Counted from the stretch's first letter, positions 50,634 to 61,832 are shown. The stretch is DNA of 64,000 nt from Candidatus Latescibacterota bacterium (GCA_965219385.1 CBDCNM010000002.1:406639-470638); one strand, 5' to 3'. The notes: generated by a model not told the origin, from the letters alone. Translations and numbers: made by a program.

Positions 50634-50900
50634 ATGGCTGATCCCATTCTACGCCGGTTGGTATTGTATCGTTTCCGTAGTTTTCCAGCGGAGCAGGTGG
50701 AATTCGACAACCCGACCTTTCTCGTCGGTCAAAACGGCTCCGGCAAGAGCAACTTCGCCGATGCCTTTGCGTTCCTCGCAGAGGTAATGGCCGCCCCGCT
50801 GCAAGCGGTTCTCGAGCAGCGCGGAGGATTGGCCACAGTTGGCCATCGAAGCTCGGCAAGGGGCCGTCCGTCAAACCTTACCCGGGGCCGGAAGACTTGA
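50634..50900 (+). pseudogene. AAA ATPase N-terminal fragment
   Basis: FRSF, LVGQNGSGKSNFADAF; ends after 88 aa. Confidence 0.75.
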
Positions 50901-51314
50901 GGTATTGAGGTCAAAGCCGCCCGTGCGCTCACCTCCGGAGACGGGCAAGGGCTTGTTCGGCTGGCCGATCGCTGCGGCGAGGATTTCGAGTTTCGGATTA
51001 AGCGGAGCGCAGCCAAAGAACTCGCTCGTATTCCGCAACAAGATCGGCTTCGCATTGTACAGGCAATTGATGGGCTGGGCGAGCGTCCGCTCACCGGGAG
51101 TCCGCTAAAAGGAGAGCACCGCGGCCTTCGCCGAGTGCGCGTTGGTGACTATCGCATTGTATACGAGGTGCTTGCGGATGAGGGCGGGCTCAATGTCGAT
51201 CTCGACGCCAACAGAGATGTGGTGGGCTTCGAGATCGACCATGCTTCCAAGCGCCTCGACCTTTCCACACTGGAGACGGAAGCACTGCCCGTGCGCGCTT
51301 ACAAGGTCGGCTGA
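50901..51314 (+). pseudogene. Startless in-frame mosaic: DUF4143-like tail + RelE/ParE-like toxin body + DUF2283-like tail
   Basis: Hand translation: GIEVKAARALTSGDGQGLVRLADRCGEDF / RIKRSAAKEL..RRVRVGDYRIVYEV / GLNVDLDANRDVVGFEIDHASKRLDLSTLE..*. Confidence 0.7.
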
Positions 51315-51361
51315 TCGATGGCCGCCGCCGTACGCGCCAAGTTTTGAACCGAGGAGACTGT

Positions 51362-53231
51362 GTGAAGAAGATCACTGCCAACGACCCAAGTACACGCTCG
51401 GCCGATGTTATCGCCGAGAACATCGAACACCTGAAGGCCCTGTTTCCCGAAGCCTTCACCGAAGGCAAGGTCGATTTTGACGTGCTCAAACAGCTTCTCG
51501 GCGGCGAGATAGACGAGCGCGAGGAGAAGTACGGTCTCAATTGGCACGGCAAGCGCCGGGCGCGGCAGCTTGCGCTGACGCCATCAACCGGCACCTTGCG
51601 CCCCTGCCCGGAGGAGAGCGCCGATTGGGATACGACGCAAAACCTGATGATTGAGGGCGATAATCTGGAGGCTCTCAAACTATTGCAGAAGAGCTACGCC
51701 GGGAAGGTGAAGCTGATTTACATTGACCCGCCGTACAACACGGGGAAGGATTTCATCTATCCCGACGACTACCGGGACAGCATCCAGAATTATCTGCAGT
51801 TGACGGGACAGACCGACGACGATAACCGAAAGCTGTCGTCAAATACGGAAGCCTCGGGGTGGTTCCACACCGACTGGCTGAACATGATGTATCCGCGGCT
51901 GAAGCTGGCGCGGAACCTTTTGTGTAGAGATGGGGTGGCTTTCATTGCTTTGGCTTTGCGACGAGATCTACGGCGAGGAGAATTTGGTCGGTATAATTAC
52001 GTGGAAAGCCCGAGTGAAGCCCGTGAACATAGGAGACGCAAAGTACCGTCCCCAATGTGAAACAGAGCATATTCTAGTCTACCAACGAAGTGCCCATGAA
52101 GAACAATTCCGACCCCTTCATACCGGTAGTTCTCGCAGTTATCCGCACCAACTTGACGATCGCAAGTATAGACTCCAAACAATTCTAAAATCCAATCGAG
52201 GCGCTAACTTCAGAAATACAATGAGGTTCGAGGTCCGAGGATATACACCACCGGAAGGTCAGCGCTGGCAAGGAGGTGAAGAAGAAATCAAACGGCTCGA
52301 TGCAGAGGGTTATGTTGAGTTCCGTGACGGCACGCCATTTCGACGGTACTTTGAGGATGAGGAAAGCGCTGAACATGATCCGTTTTATTGCTTTATGGAG
52401 ATTGATTGGTCATCAACATCAGAAGCGGGAAAGTTCGAACTCAATGAACTCCTGGGGAATGATCACGGTTTCGACACCGTAAAACCCACTCGCCTTATAA
52501 GAACACTGGTCCAGTCCCTTACTACATTGGATGCTGGCGACATAGTGATGGATTTTTTTGTTGGTTCTGGGACAACGGGGCATTCTGTAATGGCCCAAAA
52601 TGCCGACGATGGAGGTAATCGAAGGCTAGTAATGGTCCAGCTACCAGAGCCTCTCGACATCGAGAATAAGGATCAGAGGAGTGCCGCAGCTTACTGTGAT
52701 AGGATCGGAAAACCACGCACCATCGCCGAGCTGACTAAGGAACGCCTTCGCCGAGCTGCAAACAAAGTCAAGGACGATAATCCGCAATTTGCCGGCGACC
52801 TCGGCTTCCGCGTCTTCAAGCTCGACACGTCCAACATGCGCGCCTGGGAGCCGGACGGCGACGACCTAGAACAGACGCTGCTCGACAGCATCGACCACAT
52901 CAAATCGGATCGAAGCCAAGACGACATCTTCTACGAGTTGCTGCTCAAGCTCGGCCTCGACCTGTGTGTGCCCATCGAGACCCGGAACATCGCGGGCAAG
53001 GCCGTGCGCTCCATCGGGGCCGGAACGTTGATCGCCTGCCTCGACGAGTATATTGACCGGGAAGAAGTCGATTCGCTGGCCCTCGGCATTGCCGAGTGGC
53101 ACAAGCAACTCGAATCCGAAGGCGACGCCACGGTGATTTTCCGAGACAGCGCCTTTGAGGATGATGTGGCTAAGACGAACTTGGCGGCCATTCTGGAGCA
53201 GTATGGGTTGGGGAATGTGCGGAGCTTATGA
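51362..53231 (+). pseudogene. mod: Type III RM Mod methyltransferase, disrupted near 51945
   Basis: EKYGLNWHGK, IEGDNLE, IYIDPPYNTG, DFFVGSGTTG; frame change where the usual SIDDxE segment is missing. Confidence 0.88.
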
Positions 53232-53295
53232 AATCGTTAGGCGTTCAAACTCTGGGACGCGAAATGAATTCAAAACCTATATAGGAGAGAGTCCA

Positions 53296-54066
53296 ATGGA
53301 GCAGCCTCGCCGTTACAGGAACCCGCCAATCGAGGAGGCACTCTGTGAATTTCGCTTCCAACCGAGCCAAGACTGGGATCCCACCATTCCCGGTAAACTC
53401 CATGCTGAATTGAGCGATGAATATGTCGGTAAGCCGCGACAGCAAACGGTCGTCGAGGTTGGACTGGAGGCTCAGGGTGGAAGGCCTTCCAAGCTGAAGT
53501 ACGATGAAGGGCTGGCAAAGGTCCAGCTTATCACAGAAAACGGTACGAGGATGGTCGGAATTGGTCAGGATGTGCTCAGCGTTCACATGCTGCGTCCCTA
53601 TCACAATCCTCTCCGTCCTGACCACAGCGGTTGGGATGAATTCCAGCCCCGGATTTCGGCAGCACTCGATGCATATTGGGAAGTGGCGGAGCCGATTGGT
53701 GTGTGTAGAATTGGCATTCGGTACATAAATAAGATTGTGATTCTGCAGGAAGCAGTGAAGGTTGAGAGCTATCTTAGGTGTGCCTTGCCGGAGGTCAATG
53801 GATTGCCTGATCGGCTGAACAACTTTATGAGCCGGGTTGAATATGTCTACCCAGACGGTGTGCATCTCATCTTGTCCCAGGGGTCGGTCAATGCACCAAA
53901 GGAACACGTGGGTTTTCTGCTTGACCTCGACGTCATTTGGGAAAGCACTGAGCCGATTGCGCGAGACGAGGCATTGACGAAGGCAGGTGACTTGCGTGCT
54001 CGCGAAAGAGAGGCATTTGAAACCGTCATTACGGATAAAGCAAGGGAGCTCTTCGATGCTAGTTGA
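53296..54066 (+). CDS. TIGR04255-family protein
   Basis: YRNPPIEEALCEFRF, RIGIRYINKI, LLDLDV. Confidence 0.75.
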   Translation: MEQPRRYRNPPIEEALCEFRFQPSQDWDPTIPGKLHAELSDEYVGKPRQQTVVEVGLEAQGGRPSKLKYDEGLAKVQLITENGTRMVGIGQDVLSVHMLRPYHNPLRPDHSGWDEFQPRISAALDAYWEVAEPIGVCRIGIRYINKIVILQEAVKVESYLRCALPEVNGLPDRLNNFMSRVEYVYPDGVHLILSQGSVNAPKEHVGFLLDLDVIWESTEPIARDEALTKAGDLRAREREAFETVITDKARELFDAS

Positions 54067-54769
54067 AACTCGTCCGCCTCATCGTTCCACAACCTCGATT
54101 TCCCCCATAGAAACTTTTCCCATGATAGACCAATCGGATCCGTCCTATGACACTCCGCGTCGACTCGCGGTGGGGAAAGACTCGCTTGCAATTTCTTTGG
54201 ATGCCGCGTCGCTGCAAAAAAGAGTGATGGACCTTGCTATTGATCGGGCGCTTGTGGGACCAACTGACGCGCTGATGATTACGGACCTGTTTCCGATGCA
54301 TGTGGATATAGCCGGCTTTGAAAAAGCAACGACGCTACAAACGCCTGTCGAGGATCGGGAGCAAGAGCGGCTTGCAGTTATGCTGAGAGCCGCCTTTGAA
54401 ATCGAGCCCTTTGAGGACGGAATGGACCATCCAGCCGATCAGATCATAGAGAATGCGCTACGATCCACCGAAGACCAACGCATCCTTGATTGGTTTAGCG
54501 CTTTCTCCTTGGATGACAAGCACCCAAGTTTCGCGTCATCGGTTCTGCGTTGCTTAGGGCGTCAAACGCATATAGGGACGGCTGCATGGCGTGCCGGACT
54601 CGTACGCAATGCGCTAGCTATGGGTGATATCGAGATTAGAGACGCTGCGGTGCAAGCGGCAGAATCATGGGGTGGTCAGGAAATAGTCGATGTTCTGATG
54701 TCTCATGATGAGCCGGAGCAGTGGCTTCGGGAGTGTATTCCAGAGATTATAGACGACCTGCGAGAATAA
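54056..54769 (+). CDS. Hypothetical protein with HEAT-like C-terminus
   Basis: Overlaps upstream stop; IRDAAVQAAESWGG..HDEPEQWL helical repeat pattern. Confidence 0.6.
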   Translation: MLVETRPPHRSTTSISPIETFPMIDQSDPSYDTPRRLAVGKDSLAISLDAASLQKRVMDLAIDRALVGPTDALMITDLFPMHVDIAGFEKATTLQTPVEDREQERLAVMLRAAFEIEPFEDGMDHPADQIIENALRSTEDQRILDWFSAFSLDDKHPSFASSVLRCLGRQTHIGTAAWRAGLVRNALAMGDIEIRDAAVQAAESWGGQEIVDVLMSHDEPEQWLRECIPEIIDDLRE

Positions 54770-54772
54770 TCG

Positions 54773-55288
54773 ATGTTCCTAGCTCGCAAGGTCACGCAAG
54801 CCAAGTGGAGGCCCAAGGAAGGGTTTGCGGAGGGCGAAATCGCGGCTGACGCGGTGACCGTGGACTTGAAAACACAGGACAACTCGCTGTCCTTCTGGCG
54901 GAGCCCTACAGAAACAACAGAAGACCTCGAAAAGGTAGTGCTGGCGATAGCCGCTACACGCAATAGGGTCGAGAAGCTTGAGATCGTTTGGTTAACCGAT
55001 GATGATCTACGGAACGACTGTCAAACTCTGATAGACACCGAAGGGGAAACTCCTGTCTCAGAATTAACTGGGCTACACGTTGATGTATGCCTGCTCGATT
55101 ACGTCCGCCTTGGAAAAATCGCGAGCCGCATTGCTATTGCGTTGGAGAATTGTCGGTGGCGTCGGATTTCAAAAGGACGTGTCAAGATGCTCTTGGTAGA
55201 GGCGGTTGAACAAAAACGGGTCGAACTTGCTGATCTCCAAGAGAGTATCCAAGGGGAGGTGCGAAAGTCACTCGAAGCAAGAAAATGA
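54773..55288 (+). CDS. Hypothetical protein, possible ADP-ribosyltransferase-like toxin
   Basis: Coupled to res start; N-terminal LARK, ADAVT.DLKT..NSLSFW and later HVD motifs. Confidence 0.55.
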   Translation: MFLARKVTQAKWRPKEGFAEGEIAADAVTVDLKTQDNSLSFWRSPTETTEDLEKVVLAIAATRNRVEKLEIVWLTDDDLRNDCQTLIDTEGETPVSELTGLHVDVCLLDYVRLGKIASRIAIALENCRWRRISKGRVKMLLVEAVEQKRVELADLQESIQGEVRKSLEARK

Positions 55289-58200
55289 AACTCCACTTCG
55301 AACCCAATCTCGACTACCAACTCCAGGCCATCGAAGCGGTCTGCGACCTGTTCCGCGGCCAGGAGGTCTGCCGCACGGAGTTCACGGTCACGCGCACTGC
55401 GGCGGATACTCAGGCTAGCCTCGGCTTTGCGGAGCACGATCTGGGCACCGGCAACCGGCTGAGCCTGCTCGACGATGAGATGCTCGCGAACCTGAACGAT
55501 GTCCAGCTCCGCAATGGCTTACCTCCTTCGGCCTCCTTGGACTCGGGCGACTTCACCGTGGAGATGGAGACCGGCACCGGCAAGACCTATGTGTACCTAC
55601 GCACCATCTTCGAGCTAAACAAGCGCTACGACTTCACCAAGTTCGTCATCGTCGTGCCGTCGGTAGCCATCAAGGAAGGCGTGTACAAGTCGCTCCAGAT
55701 CACCGACGACCACTTCCGGGCGCTCTACTCGGGCACGCCCTTCGAGTACTTCCTCTACGACTCGGCCAAGCTCGGTCAGGTGCGAAACTTTGCCACCAGC
55801 CCGCAGATTCAGATCATGGTGGTAACGGTCGGCGCTATTAACAAAAAGGACGTCAACAACCTCTACAAGGACAGCGAGAAGACAGGCGGCGAAAAGCCGA
55901 TTGATCTGATCCAGGCCACGCGGCCCATCCTTATTGTCGATGAACCGCAGAGCGTGGATGGCGGTTTGCAGGGGCGCGGCAAGGAGGCCCTCGGTGCCAT
56001 GAATCCCCTCTGCACGCTGCGCTACTCGGCGACGCACGCGGACCAGCATCACATGGTCTATCGGCTCGATGCGGTAGACGCTTACGAGCGCAGGCTGGTC
56101 AAGCAGATCGGAGGTGTGGCGTCGGCTACGGTCGAGGACGCCCACAACAAGCCCTACGTCCGCCTGGTGTCAACACGCAACCAGCGCGGCAGCAATCAGC
56201 GCCAAGGTCGAGCTCGATGTCGAAACGGCGGCTGGGGTCCGGTGGCGAGAGGTCAATGTCCAGGATGGCGACGATCTCGAACAAACCACCAAACGTGCGA
56301 TCTACCAAGACTGCCGCATCGGCGAGATCCGCGTCGAGAAGGGCAACGAATTCGTTGAGTTGCGCGTGCCCGGCGGCGAGGAATATCTGCGGTTGGGAGA
56401 AGCTTGGGGCGATGTGGATACCCTCGCTGTCCAGCGCGAAATGATTCGCCGCACCATCCGCGAGCATCTCGACAAGGAGAAGCGGCTTTGCCCGCAGGGG
56501 ATCAAGGTGCTCAGCCTGTTTTTCGTCGATGCGGTGGAGCGCTATCGGCAGTACGACGACGAGGGCAATCCCCGCAAGGGCGACTATGCCCGAATCTTCG
56601 AGGAGGAGTATCGGCGTCTGGCCAGGCATCCGGACTTTGATGACGTGGCTCTCGACGCGGTCGCAGAGGATGTCCACAACGGCTACTTCTCCATCGACAA
56701 AAAGGGCGGCTGGACAGATACCGCCGAGAACAACCAGTCCAACCGCGACAACGCCGAACGGGCCTACAACCTGATCATGCGGGACAAGGAGAAGCTCCTG
56801 AGCCTGGAGACGCCGCTCAAGTTCATCTTCTCCCACTCGGCTTTGCGCGAGGGGTGGGACAATCCCAACGTCTTTCAGATCTGCACCTTGCGCGACATCC
56901 GCACCGAGCGGGAGCGGCGGCAGACCATTGGGCGCGGCCTGCGCCTGTGCGTCAATCAGGAGGGTGAACGCCTGCGCGGCTTCGAGGTCAATACGCTCAC
57001 GGTCGTTGCCACGGAAAGCTACGAGGAGTTCGCCGACAACCTCCAGCAGGAGATCGAGGCCGACACGGGGATTCGTTTCGGCGTCGTGGAGGCGCATCAG
57101 TTTGCGGCAATTCTCGTCGGCAAAGACGGACAGACGACAGCTCTCGGTCCCGAGGCGTCGAAAAATTTGTGGGACCACCTGCAAGCATCAGGGTATATCG
57201 ACGCGGAGGGGCGGATACAAGATTCTCTCCGAGAGGCACTCGAGGACGAGACCCTCAGCGTGCCCGAGGAATTTGCCGACCAGCGCGAGGAAATCGCCAA
57301 GGTGCTACGCAAATTCGCCGGGCGTCTGGGGATTAAAAACGCCGACGAACGCCGCTCAATCCGCCCGCGCCGAGAAGTGCTCCAAAGCCCGGAGTTCAAG
57401 GAGCTGTGGAACCGCATCAAGCACAAGACTACGTACCGCGTCGAGTTCGACAACGAGACGCTGATCACACAGTGCATCCAAGCACTTGACGATGCGCCGC
57501 CGATCCCCAGGACCCGGCTGCAGTGGCGCAAGGCCGACATCGCCATTGGCCAGGCTGGAGTCGAGGCGACCGAACGCGAGGGGGCGGCAACCGTGGTGCT
57601 GAACGAGGCCGACATTGCGCTGCCCGACCTGCTCACCGAGCTTCAGGACCGCACCCAACTCACGCGGCGCAGCATCCAGCGCATCCTCGCCGCCAGCGGA
57701 CGACTCGCCGATTTCAAGCGCAATCCGCAGCAATTCATCGACCTCGCCGCCCAGGCCATTAAGCGCTGCAAGCGCCTTGCCTTGGTGGACGGCGTCAAGT
57801 ACCAGCGCTTGGGAAACGAGCACTACTACGCGCAGGAACTCTTTGAGAACGAGGAATTGACCGGCTATCTGAAGAATATGCGGGCAGGAGCCGAGAAATC
57901 GGTGTACGAGCAGGTCGTGTACGACTCCGACATTGAGCAATCTTTTGCCGACCAATTGGAGAAAAACACCGCCGTCAAGGTGTACGCCAAGCTGCCGGGA
58001 TGGTTCGCGGTGCCGACGCCCCTCGGCAGCTACAACCCGGACTGGGCCGTTCTGCTTGAGGGCGACGAAGGTGAGCGATTGTACTTTGTGGTCGAAACGA
58101 AGGCCAGTCTGTTTGCCAGCGATCTCCGCAGCACCGAAAGCGCCAAGATCGAGTGTGGGAAGGCGCACTTCAACGCGATCAAGGTGGGGGAATCGCCGGC

Positions 58201-58294
58201 TCGGTACGAGGTGGCGACCAGCGTTGAGAAGCTACTCTCAGGCATCGGTGCGGCCAATAGATACAGATACAACCCTTCGCCGACAGATCGCTGA
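55285..58294 (+). pseudogene. res: Type III RM Res subunit, frameshifted near 56190
   Basis: EMETGTGKTYVY, DEPQ, YSATH, SHSALREGWDNPN, QTIGRGLRL, YNPDWA..VETK; split into 55285..56358 and 56114..58294. Confidence 0.88.
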
Positions 58295-58382
58295 GTTCGT
58301 GGCTCGCGGAAACTTCGGGCTCGCATCCGGGGCCAGGGACGATGACCAATATGAACGGCTGTGGTACGCAGAACCGATAGGA

Positions 58383-60602
58383 TTACCACACCTTCACATT
58401 GTCGTAGTAAATATCCGCCGCCGAGTACCCGTACAACCCCGGACTCCCCTCGCGGTTGGGCAGCGGATCCTCGGCCTCGATCGTCCACTCCGTCGGCTCT
58501 GCCGCCTCCCGCCTCCAGACCTTGCCCCTGACCACGGCCTTGTCGCCCACAATGTCCACCTTCATCTTCAAGGTGTACCAGACATCCATTTCCCACTGAA
58601 AGTCCACGGTCTTGGCCATGCGCAAATCCGCGGCCCAGGAGCGCACCTGCAAACGCTGGTGATTGCCCATCAGGTCCAGGGTATAGCGCTGGGCGATTAG
58701 CCCCATATCCGGGCGGTTGCGCTTCTTCCTGGTGCCCAGCAAATCGGCCTGGATGGTGTAACCTGTCATGGAGGGCGGGCCGAGGTACACATTGGAGCGG
58801 TGCAGGCCCCGCGGCGCCGGCGGTTTGACCAGGACCCTGTTTCCCTCCCTGTCCTCCACCTTGAACTTGCTGCCGGCGCCCACCCAGTGCGCCGGGTTCT
58901 TGCCTGGCTCTACCTCCTCGAAGTCCTCGGACCAGGGCAGTGCCGGCACCACCCGCACCCGCGCTCTACCCTCCAACTCGCCCACCCGGGCCACCAGGGT
59001 ACCGGCCTGGGCCGCGGGACTTTCGTCCAATTTCAGGATGTTCCCCTCCACCGCGCCCGCCAGGCCCTGGAGCGTCCACGCGGCCCTGCGTGCGCCCAGG
59101 AAGCGCCCCTTCTCATCAAAGCCGCGCACCCCGAACTGCACCGCCTCACCCGGGACGGCCAGGACCTCGGCCGGCACCACCTGGATGTGGGCGGTCGTCG
59201 CGGTCCCGTCGGGCGGCTCCTCCGACCTTTCAGGGGCAGGGGAGGGGGCGGGTGAAAACCTGGCTTTCTTGTCGCCCAGGCAGTAGAGCCCTTCTTCGGT
59301 GGTAAAGTAGATCCGCCCGTAGGCAATGGCGGGCGAGCCGTAGATCTCGGCCGGACGCCCTTCCGGGGTGGTGATTTTTTCCGCGTCCAGGGCCCGGACC
59401 TGGTCTTCCCCGAGCGCGAGGATCTGAAAGCCGCCGTTGACCTCGGTGGCGTAGAGCTTGCCATCGGCCCACACCGGCGAGCCCTTGCCCACCGTGCCCA
59501 GGCTGTGGTGCCAGTAGTCCCGACCGGTGGCCGCGTCCAGGCTGTGCAAATTGGCCGAGTTGTCCACCACGTAGAGCCGCCCGTCGTGCACCACCGGCGA
59601 GGTGTACCCCACCTGGAGTTCGTCGCGGCGCCAGACCTCGTGGGTCCGGGTTATATCCCCTCGACCGGTCGCGTCGATGCAGACCACGCGGCCCATGGCG
59701 GTATTGTCCAGATTCTCCTCGCTGTGGGCGGCGTAGACCCGGGTGCCGTCCACCACCACCGAGGAATTGATGCCGCGCTTGCTGAGCTGGAAGCTCCACA
59801 CCTTCTTGCCGGTGCGCACCTCCATGGCGTACACCCCGCCGTCGGCATTGCCGCCGATCAACAGCCGGCGGCCGTCGACCACGGCCACCACCGGCACCGA
59901 GTAGGTGGTATCCCGCGGCCGGCCTCCCGGGGTCGAGACCCACACCAGTCCGCCGCTGTTCTTATCGAACGCAAAGTAGCGGTGCCGGGGGATCACCTGG
60001 TCTCCCCAGCCCAGGTTGAGGTAGCTGATGAAAATTAGGTCTTCGTCCACCACCGGGGTGTGGGTGCGGCCCCCGTACCCGGATATCCGCCCGAACTCCT
60101 CGGTCAGGGACCGCGACCACAGGATGCGGCCGTCGGCAGCGAAGCAATACAACAAACCCTGGACCCCGTGGGCGTAGATCTGCCCGGTCTCTGGATCGCC
60201 GACCAGACTGGCCCAGCCCACCCGGTTGTGGGGAATGGTGGTGTGAAAGACGTTGAAGCGATGCTCCCAGAGCAGTTCTCCGGTGGCCGCGTCAAAGCAG
60301 GCCACCCGCTCCTGCTCGGTGATGCCCTGCCCCACGCGCCCGATGACGTAGACCCGGCTGTTGAGCACCACCGGAGTGGAGCGGCCGCTGAATTCCGCCT
60401 TCCACACCAGGTTCTCACCCTCGACCGACCACGTCGAGACCAGGCCCCCTTCCGCCGCCGCGCCCGTTTGCCGCGGGCCCCGCCAGCCGGGCCAGTCCGC
60501 ACCCTGGGCAGGATGGAAAAGCAGCAGCAAATAAACCAATATCAGTACTTCCCGAAACACCGTACACCTACGGGCTTCATTGAGCGCAGTCCAAGGTCGC
60601 AT
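58383..60602 (-). CDS. Secreted PQQ-like beta-propeller protein with C-terminal beta-sandwich (likely start GTG 60560)
   Basis: Signal peptide, DWPGWRGP, repeated DAATG..W blades. Confidence 0.85.
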   Translation of the reverse strand: MRPWTALNEARRCTVFREVLILVYLLLLFHPAQGADWPGWRGPRQTGAAAEGGLVSTWSVEGENLVWKAEFSGRSTPVVLNSRVYVIGRVGQGITEQERVACFDAATGELLWEHRFNVFHTTIPHNRVGWASLVGDPETGQIYAHGVQGLLYCFAADGRILWSRSLTEEFGRISGYGGRTHTPVVDEDLIFISYLNLGWGDQVIPRHRYFAFDKNSGGLVWVSTPGGRPRDTTYSVPVVAVVDGRRLLIGGNADGGVYAMEVRTGKKVWSFQLSKRGINSSVVVDGTRVYAAHSEENLDNTAMGRVVCIDATGRGDITRTHEVWRRDELQVGYTSPVVHDGRLYVVDNSANLHSLDAATGRDYWHHSLGTVGKGSPVWADGKLYATEVNGGFQILALGEDQVRALDAEKITTPEGRPAEIYGSPAIAYGRIYFTTEEGLYCLGDKKARFSPAPSPAPERSEEPPDGTATTAHIQVVPAEVLAVPGEAVQFGVRGFDEKGRFLGARRAAWTLQGLAGAVEGNILKLDESPAAQAGTLVARVGELEGRARVRVVPALPWSEDFEEVEPGKNPAHWVGAGSKFKVEDREGNRVLVKPPAPRGLHRSNVYLGPPSMTGYTIQADLLGTRKKRNRPDMGLIAQRYTLDLMGNHQRLQVRSWAADLRMAKTVDFQWEMDVWYTLKMKVDIVGDKAVVRGKVWRREAAEPTEWTIEAEDPLPNREGSPGLYGYSAADIYYDNVKVW

Positions 60603-60683
60603 TTCCGCCCCCTGTTTTCGCGGCCTCTCACACTGGAGAAGCAGTCAAAATTACACTAGAATCTACTCCTCCAAGGCCTCCCG

Positions 60684-61484
60684 TCAAATCGCCTCGACGT
60701 GGCGGCCCGCGACCCACCCCTCCAGTTCCACTGCGACCCGGTACCACCCCTTGCTCTTTTCCAGGATCCGCACCGGGGTTCCCTGCGGCAAAAACCCGGC
60801 CACCCTTTCGGCGCTGCCCTGGGGTGCCGTGCGGATGTTCAGGCGGCCGGTCTCTACCACCCCCTCACTTCCACCCTGCACCACGGGCCGGTAGAGCAGC
60901 CGGGCGCGCAACTCGTCCAGGGGACAGGCCGGCCCCGGATCCACCTTGCGGCCCGGGGCCACCTCTTCGTGGCCCAGGATGTGGCGGATGCCGTACTCCC
61001 GGACCAGCCGGGCGCACAATCCCTCCACCGCCCTTATCTGCCCTGGGGTGAACCGGTGCCAGCAGGTGGGCCGGGTCTGGTTGCGATGCACCGCCCGCAC
61101 CACCTCTGCGGCCGGGTACTCCCGCCCGAACCAGGACAGGTAGCGGCCGTTCTTCTCCTCTAGCTGGCCGGCGTTTTCCAGCTCGAAGCCAATGGAGTAC
61201 TGGTTGAATCCCTGCCGTTCGCCCCAGGCGCTCTTGCCGGCGTGCCAGCCGATGGTATCGAAGGGCAGCAGCTGGGTGATGGACCCGTCCCGGCCAATGA
61301 CCAGATGGGCCGATACCTTGCGTTCGGTATCGCACAGGGTCTGGATTGCGTCCTCGACGCTGGCGCCGTCGGTGTAGTGGATGATGATGGTGTCCAGGTC
61401 GCCCTCGGCGTAAGGGCCCCCCTGGTTGGGCGACTCTATGTACTCGACGCCCCTACCTTGCAAACGGTGATTTCGTATCTTCAT
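60684..61484 (-). CDS. N-acetylmuramoyl-L-alanine amidase (Amidase_2) with SH3b domain
   Basis: IIIHYT, SAHLVI, WHAG, SIGFEL, GHEEV..RKVDPG; LNIRTAP..GWYRV..GWV. Confidence 0.9.
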   Translation of the reverse strand: MKIRNHRLQGRGVEYIESPNQGGPYAEGDLDTIIIHYTDGASVEDAIQTLCDTERKVSAHLVIGRDGSITQLLPFDTIGWHAGKSAWGERQGFNQYSIGFELENAGQLEEKNGRYLSWFGREYPAAEVVRAVHRNQTRPTCWHRFTPGQIRAVEGLCARLVREYGIRHILGHEEVAPGRKVDPGPACPLDELRARLLYRPVVQGGSEGVVETGRLNIRTAPQGSAERVAGFLPQGTPVRILEKSKGWYRVAVELEGWVAGRHVEAI

Positions 61485-61832
61485 GTAATTTCTCTACAGG
61501 CCCCGTTTTTTATCTGAGAAACCGCACTTATGGAAATGAACGTAATTGAAAAACCACTTGGAGTCCATACGAAAATTGATTTTGTGCTCTGGGACTCAGG
61601 CCTGCCTGGGGGAGCGGGGAGGGGCAAGAGCGCCCTGGGCATCGTAAAACGCCAGAGGCACAAAACCCCGCACGGCCACGGCGGTCCGCCGATTGAGTGT
61701 GGCAGGCTCGCGACCGGTAGAAAGACACGACTCGGGAAAAACCGAAAAGCCTGGAAAAACCAAAACAGGTGTAGTATTTTGTAGGATGGATCGAATCCTG
61801 CGCCAGGCAGGAGATAGAGGAAGGACTTTTAC

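Larger units (their letters stand above)
29400..58300. mobile_element. Defence island, boundaries approximate; no integrase or att site seen
   Basis: Dense RM/TA/defence genes, mixed lower GC, many gene fragments; lies between two co-oriented PQQ-propeller genes. Confidence 0.75.

Noticed and set aside
60551..60561. CCCGAAACACC matching the MTase tail
   Set aside because: Only 11 bp at the propeller gene start, with no flanking homology; likely chance
61485..61832. Riboswitch upstream of the amidase
   Set aside because: Some hairpin potential but no c-di-AMP or c-di-GMP consensus recognised; needs an Rfam search
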